Shown here in pieces: positions 33,160 to 35,875 of a stretch of DNA of 35,875 bases (position 1 is the stretch's first letter; each line of letters starts with the position of its first letter). Under the pieces are notes generated by a model, which was not told the origin of the DNA, made no database searches, and saw nothing but the letters and a program-made list of their open reading frames with translations. The stretch is from Alphaproteobacteria bacterium (GTDB taxonomy: Bacteria > Pseudomonadota > Alphaproteobacteria > CADEGL01): assembly GCA_963583595.1 (NCBI GenBank), contig CAUZWC010000002.1, forward strand, positions 1 to 35,875, written 5' to 3'. A program made the position numbers and the translations under genes.

Positions 33160-33340
33160 TAGGCAACTCTTAACGAACCCTTTCCGATAGGGAGAGGGCG
33201 TGGGGGTTTGGGGCGGGCTTGCCCTGGTCCTCGCGCGGCATCCGGCCCGCTAACCCAACCATTATCCGTCATGCCCCGGCGCAATCCGGGGCATCCAGGC
33301 TTCCGGGCGGCTGGATTGCCCGGGCTGCGCCGGGCAATGA

Positions 33341-33362
33341 CGACAGTGGGACGACAGTGGGA
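33341..33362. repeat. Tandem 11-bp direct repeat (CGACAGTGGGA x2) at the end of a hairpin-rich intergenic block
   Basis: cgacagtggga cgacagtggga, 6 nt before the recQ stop codon. It shares GACGACAGTGG with the 28014 hairpin arm. GCCCCGG/CCGGGGC and CCCGG/CCGGG stems lie upstream at 33270-33335. Confidence 0.6.
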
Positions 33363-33368
33363 TGGCGG

Positions 33369-35192
<1,824 letters not shown>

Positions 35193-35462
35193 CGATCGAA
35201 TTGGTGGGAGGGCCAACAAAGCAGGGGAGCCCGTCTGCAGCAAGGGGCGTGGGCTAAGTCGTGGCAGGATTGCGGCTGATATGGTCCGAGCCACGTCGTT
35301 TCTGCGAAAACAGGACGCCCATGCAATGTCGGGTTGGACTCCCAATGTCGAGAAGTTGATGGCCCGGTGGCGAGCAGAGGGCTTGATGTTGGCGGTGGGC
35401 TTTCCTCTCCGCTAGTCTCCCGCACGGAATAGATACGCACGTCTTTGGGGAGGACACGGCCT

Positions 35463-35875
35463 ATGGCCACCACCGACCACGCCGCCCTGCGGCAACAAGT
35501 CCTCGACTGGATCGAGGCCGACCGCGAGGCGCTGATTTCCTTCCTTTCGACCTTCGTCGCGGCGGCCTCGCCGAATCCGCCAGGGGATACGACGGTGGCG
35601 GTGAAGCATCTGACCGATTTCCTGGATCGCGAGAAGCTGCCCTACCGGATCGTCGATCCGGAGCCGACCATGGCCAATATCGTCGGCTCCTTCGAGGGCG
35701 GGGCGGGGCCCGGGCGGCATCTGGTGCTGAACGGGCATATCGACTGCTTTCCGGTCGATCCCAAGGACGACCGCTGGATCCAGCCGCCCTGGAGCGGCGC
35801 CGTCGCCGACGGCAAGGTCTGGGGCCGGGGCGCCGCCGATATGAAATGCGGCACCACGGCCGGCGTCATGACCTA
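35463..35875 (+). CDS. M20-family metallopeptidase/deacylase (ArgE/DapE/CPG2-like), 5' part only
   Basis: An open frame running off the window end, so absent from the track. ATG 35463 follows GGGGAGGA. ...ISFLSTFVAAASPNPPGD...ANIVGSFEG..GRHLVLNGHIDCFPV......PWSG.V.DGKVWGRGAADMKCG carries the H-x-D and GRG-x-DMK motifs of M20. Confidence 0.8.
   Translation, partial: MATTDHAALRQQVLDWIEADREALISFLSTFVAAASPNPPGDTTVAVKHLTDFLDREKLPYRIVDPEPTMANIVGSFEGGAGPGRHLVLNGHIDCFPVDPKDDRWIQPPWSGAVADGKVWGRGAADMKCGTTAGVMT

Noticed and set aside
35193-35462. The 270-bp, slightly lower-GC spacer between recQ and the M20 peptidase, scanned for a tRNA, riboswitch, sRNA or LexA-type box.
   Set aside because: I saw no cloverleaf-compatible stems with T-loop or anticodon features. 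There are no GTTC/GAAC-N7 direct repeats of the alphaproteobacterial SOS box type, and no recognisable riboswitch core. The small ORFs there are Pro/Ser/Arg-rich. It is most simply a divergent promoter region.

Overview
High-GC (about two thirds G+C) chromosomal segment that looks alphaproteobacterial, based on codon bias and a palindromic 'CTTCGAGACG...CCTCAGGRTGAGG' intergenic repeat family. I support 32 protein genes, two of them cut by the window edges. There is no rRNA, tRNA, CRISPR array, transposase, integrase or recognisable defence or toxin-antitoxin module. The content is accessory metabolism and transport. On the minus strand: a partial MscS channel, three tandem EamA/DMT transporters, and an operon of class II aldolase, 2 SDRs, an LLM flavin oxidoreductase and 2 more SDRs. 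Next comes a NaChBac/NavMs-type voltage-gated sodium channel. Then a minus-strand set of uronate-dehydrogenase-like, maleate-isomerase-like, class III aminotransferase and 2 HIBADH-like dehydrogenase genes, followed by four tandem SDR paralogs. After those: a divergent ureohydrolase, a small membrane protein, an amidase and an unknown 371-aa protein. This last set is divergent from a GntR regulator with hydantoinase/oxoprolinase A and B subunits. The window ends with an unknown 354-aa protein divergent from an ADP-forming acyl-CoA synthetase and an acyl-CoA dehydrogenase, then recQ and a partial M20 peptidase. The most notable signals are: (1) extreme tandem paralogy (3+2+2+2+4 genes), with a visible duplication scar; (2) a 32% GC divergent control region with two identical 24-bp dyad-containing boxes next to gntR; (3) a ureohydrolase lacking several canonical metal and catalytic residues; (4) two unrecognisable proteins inside the amide/CoA modules; (5) an orphan short ORF below the track cutoff with a RiPP-leader-like acidic segment; (6) a CCC-TAA frame break in the MscS gene; and (7) several repeat and hairpin families. 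I found no clear-cut novel defence-type system. All family calls come from motif recognition by eye, with no database search.
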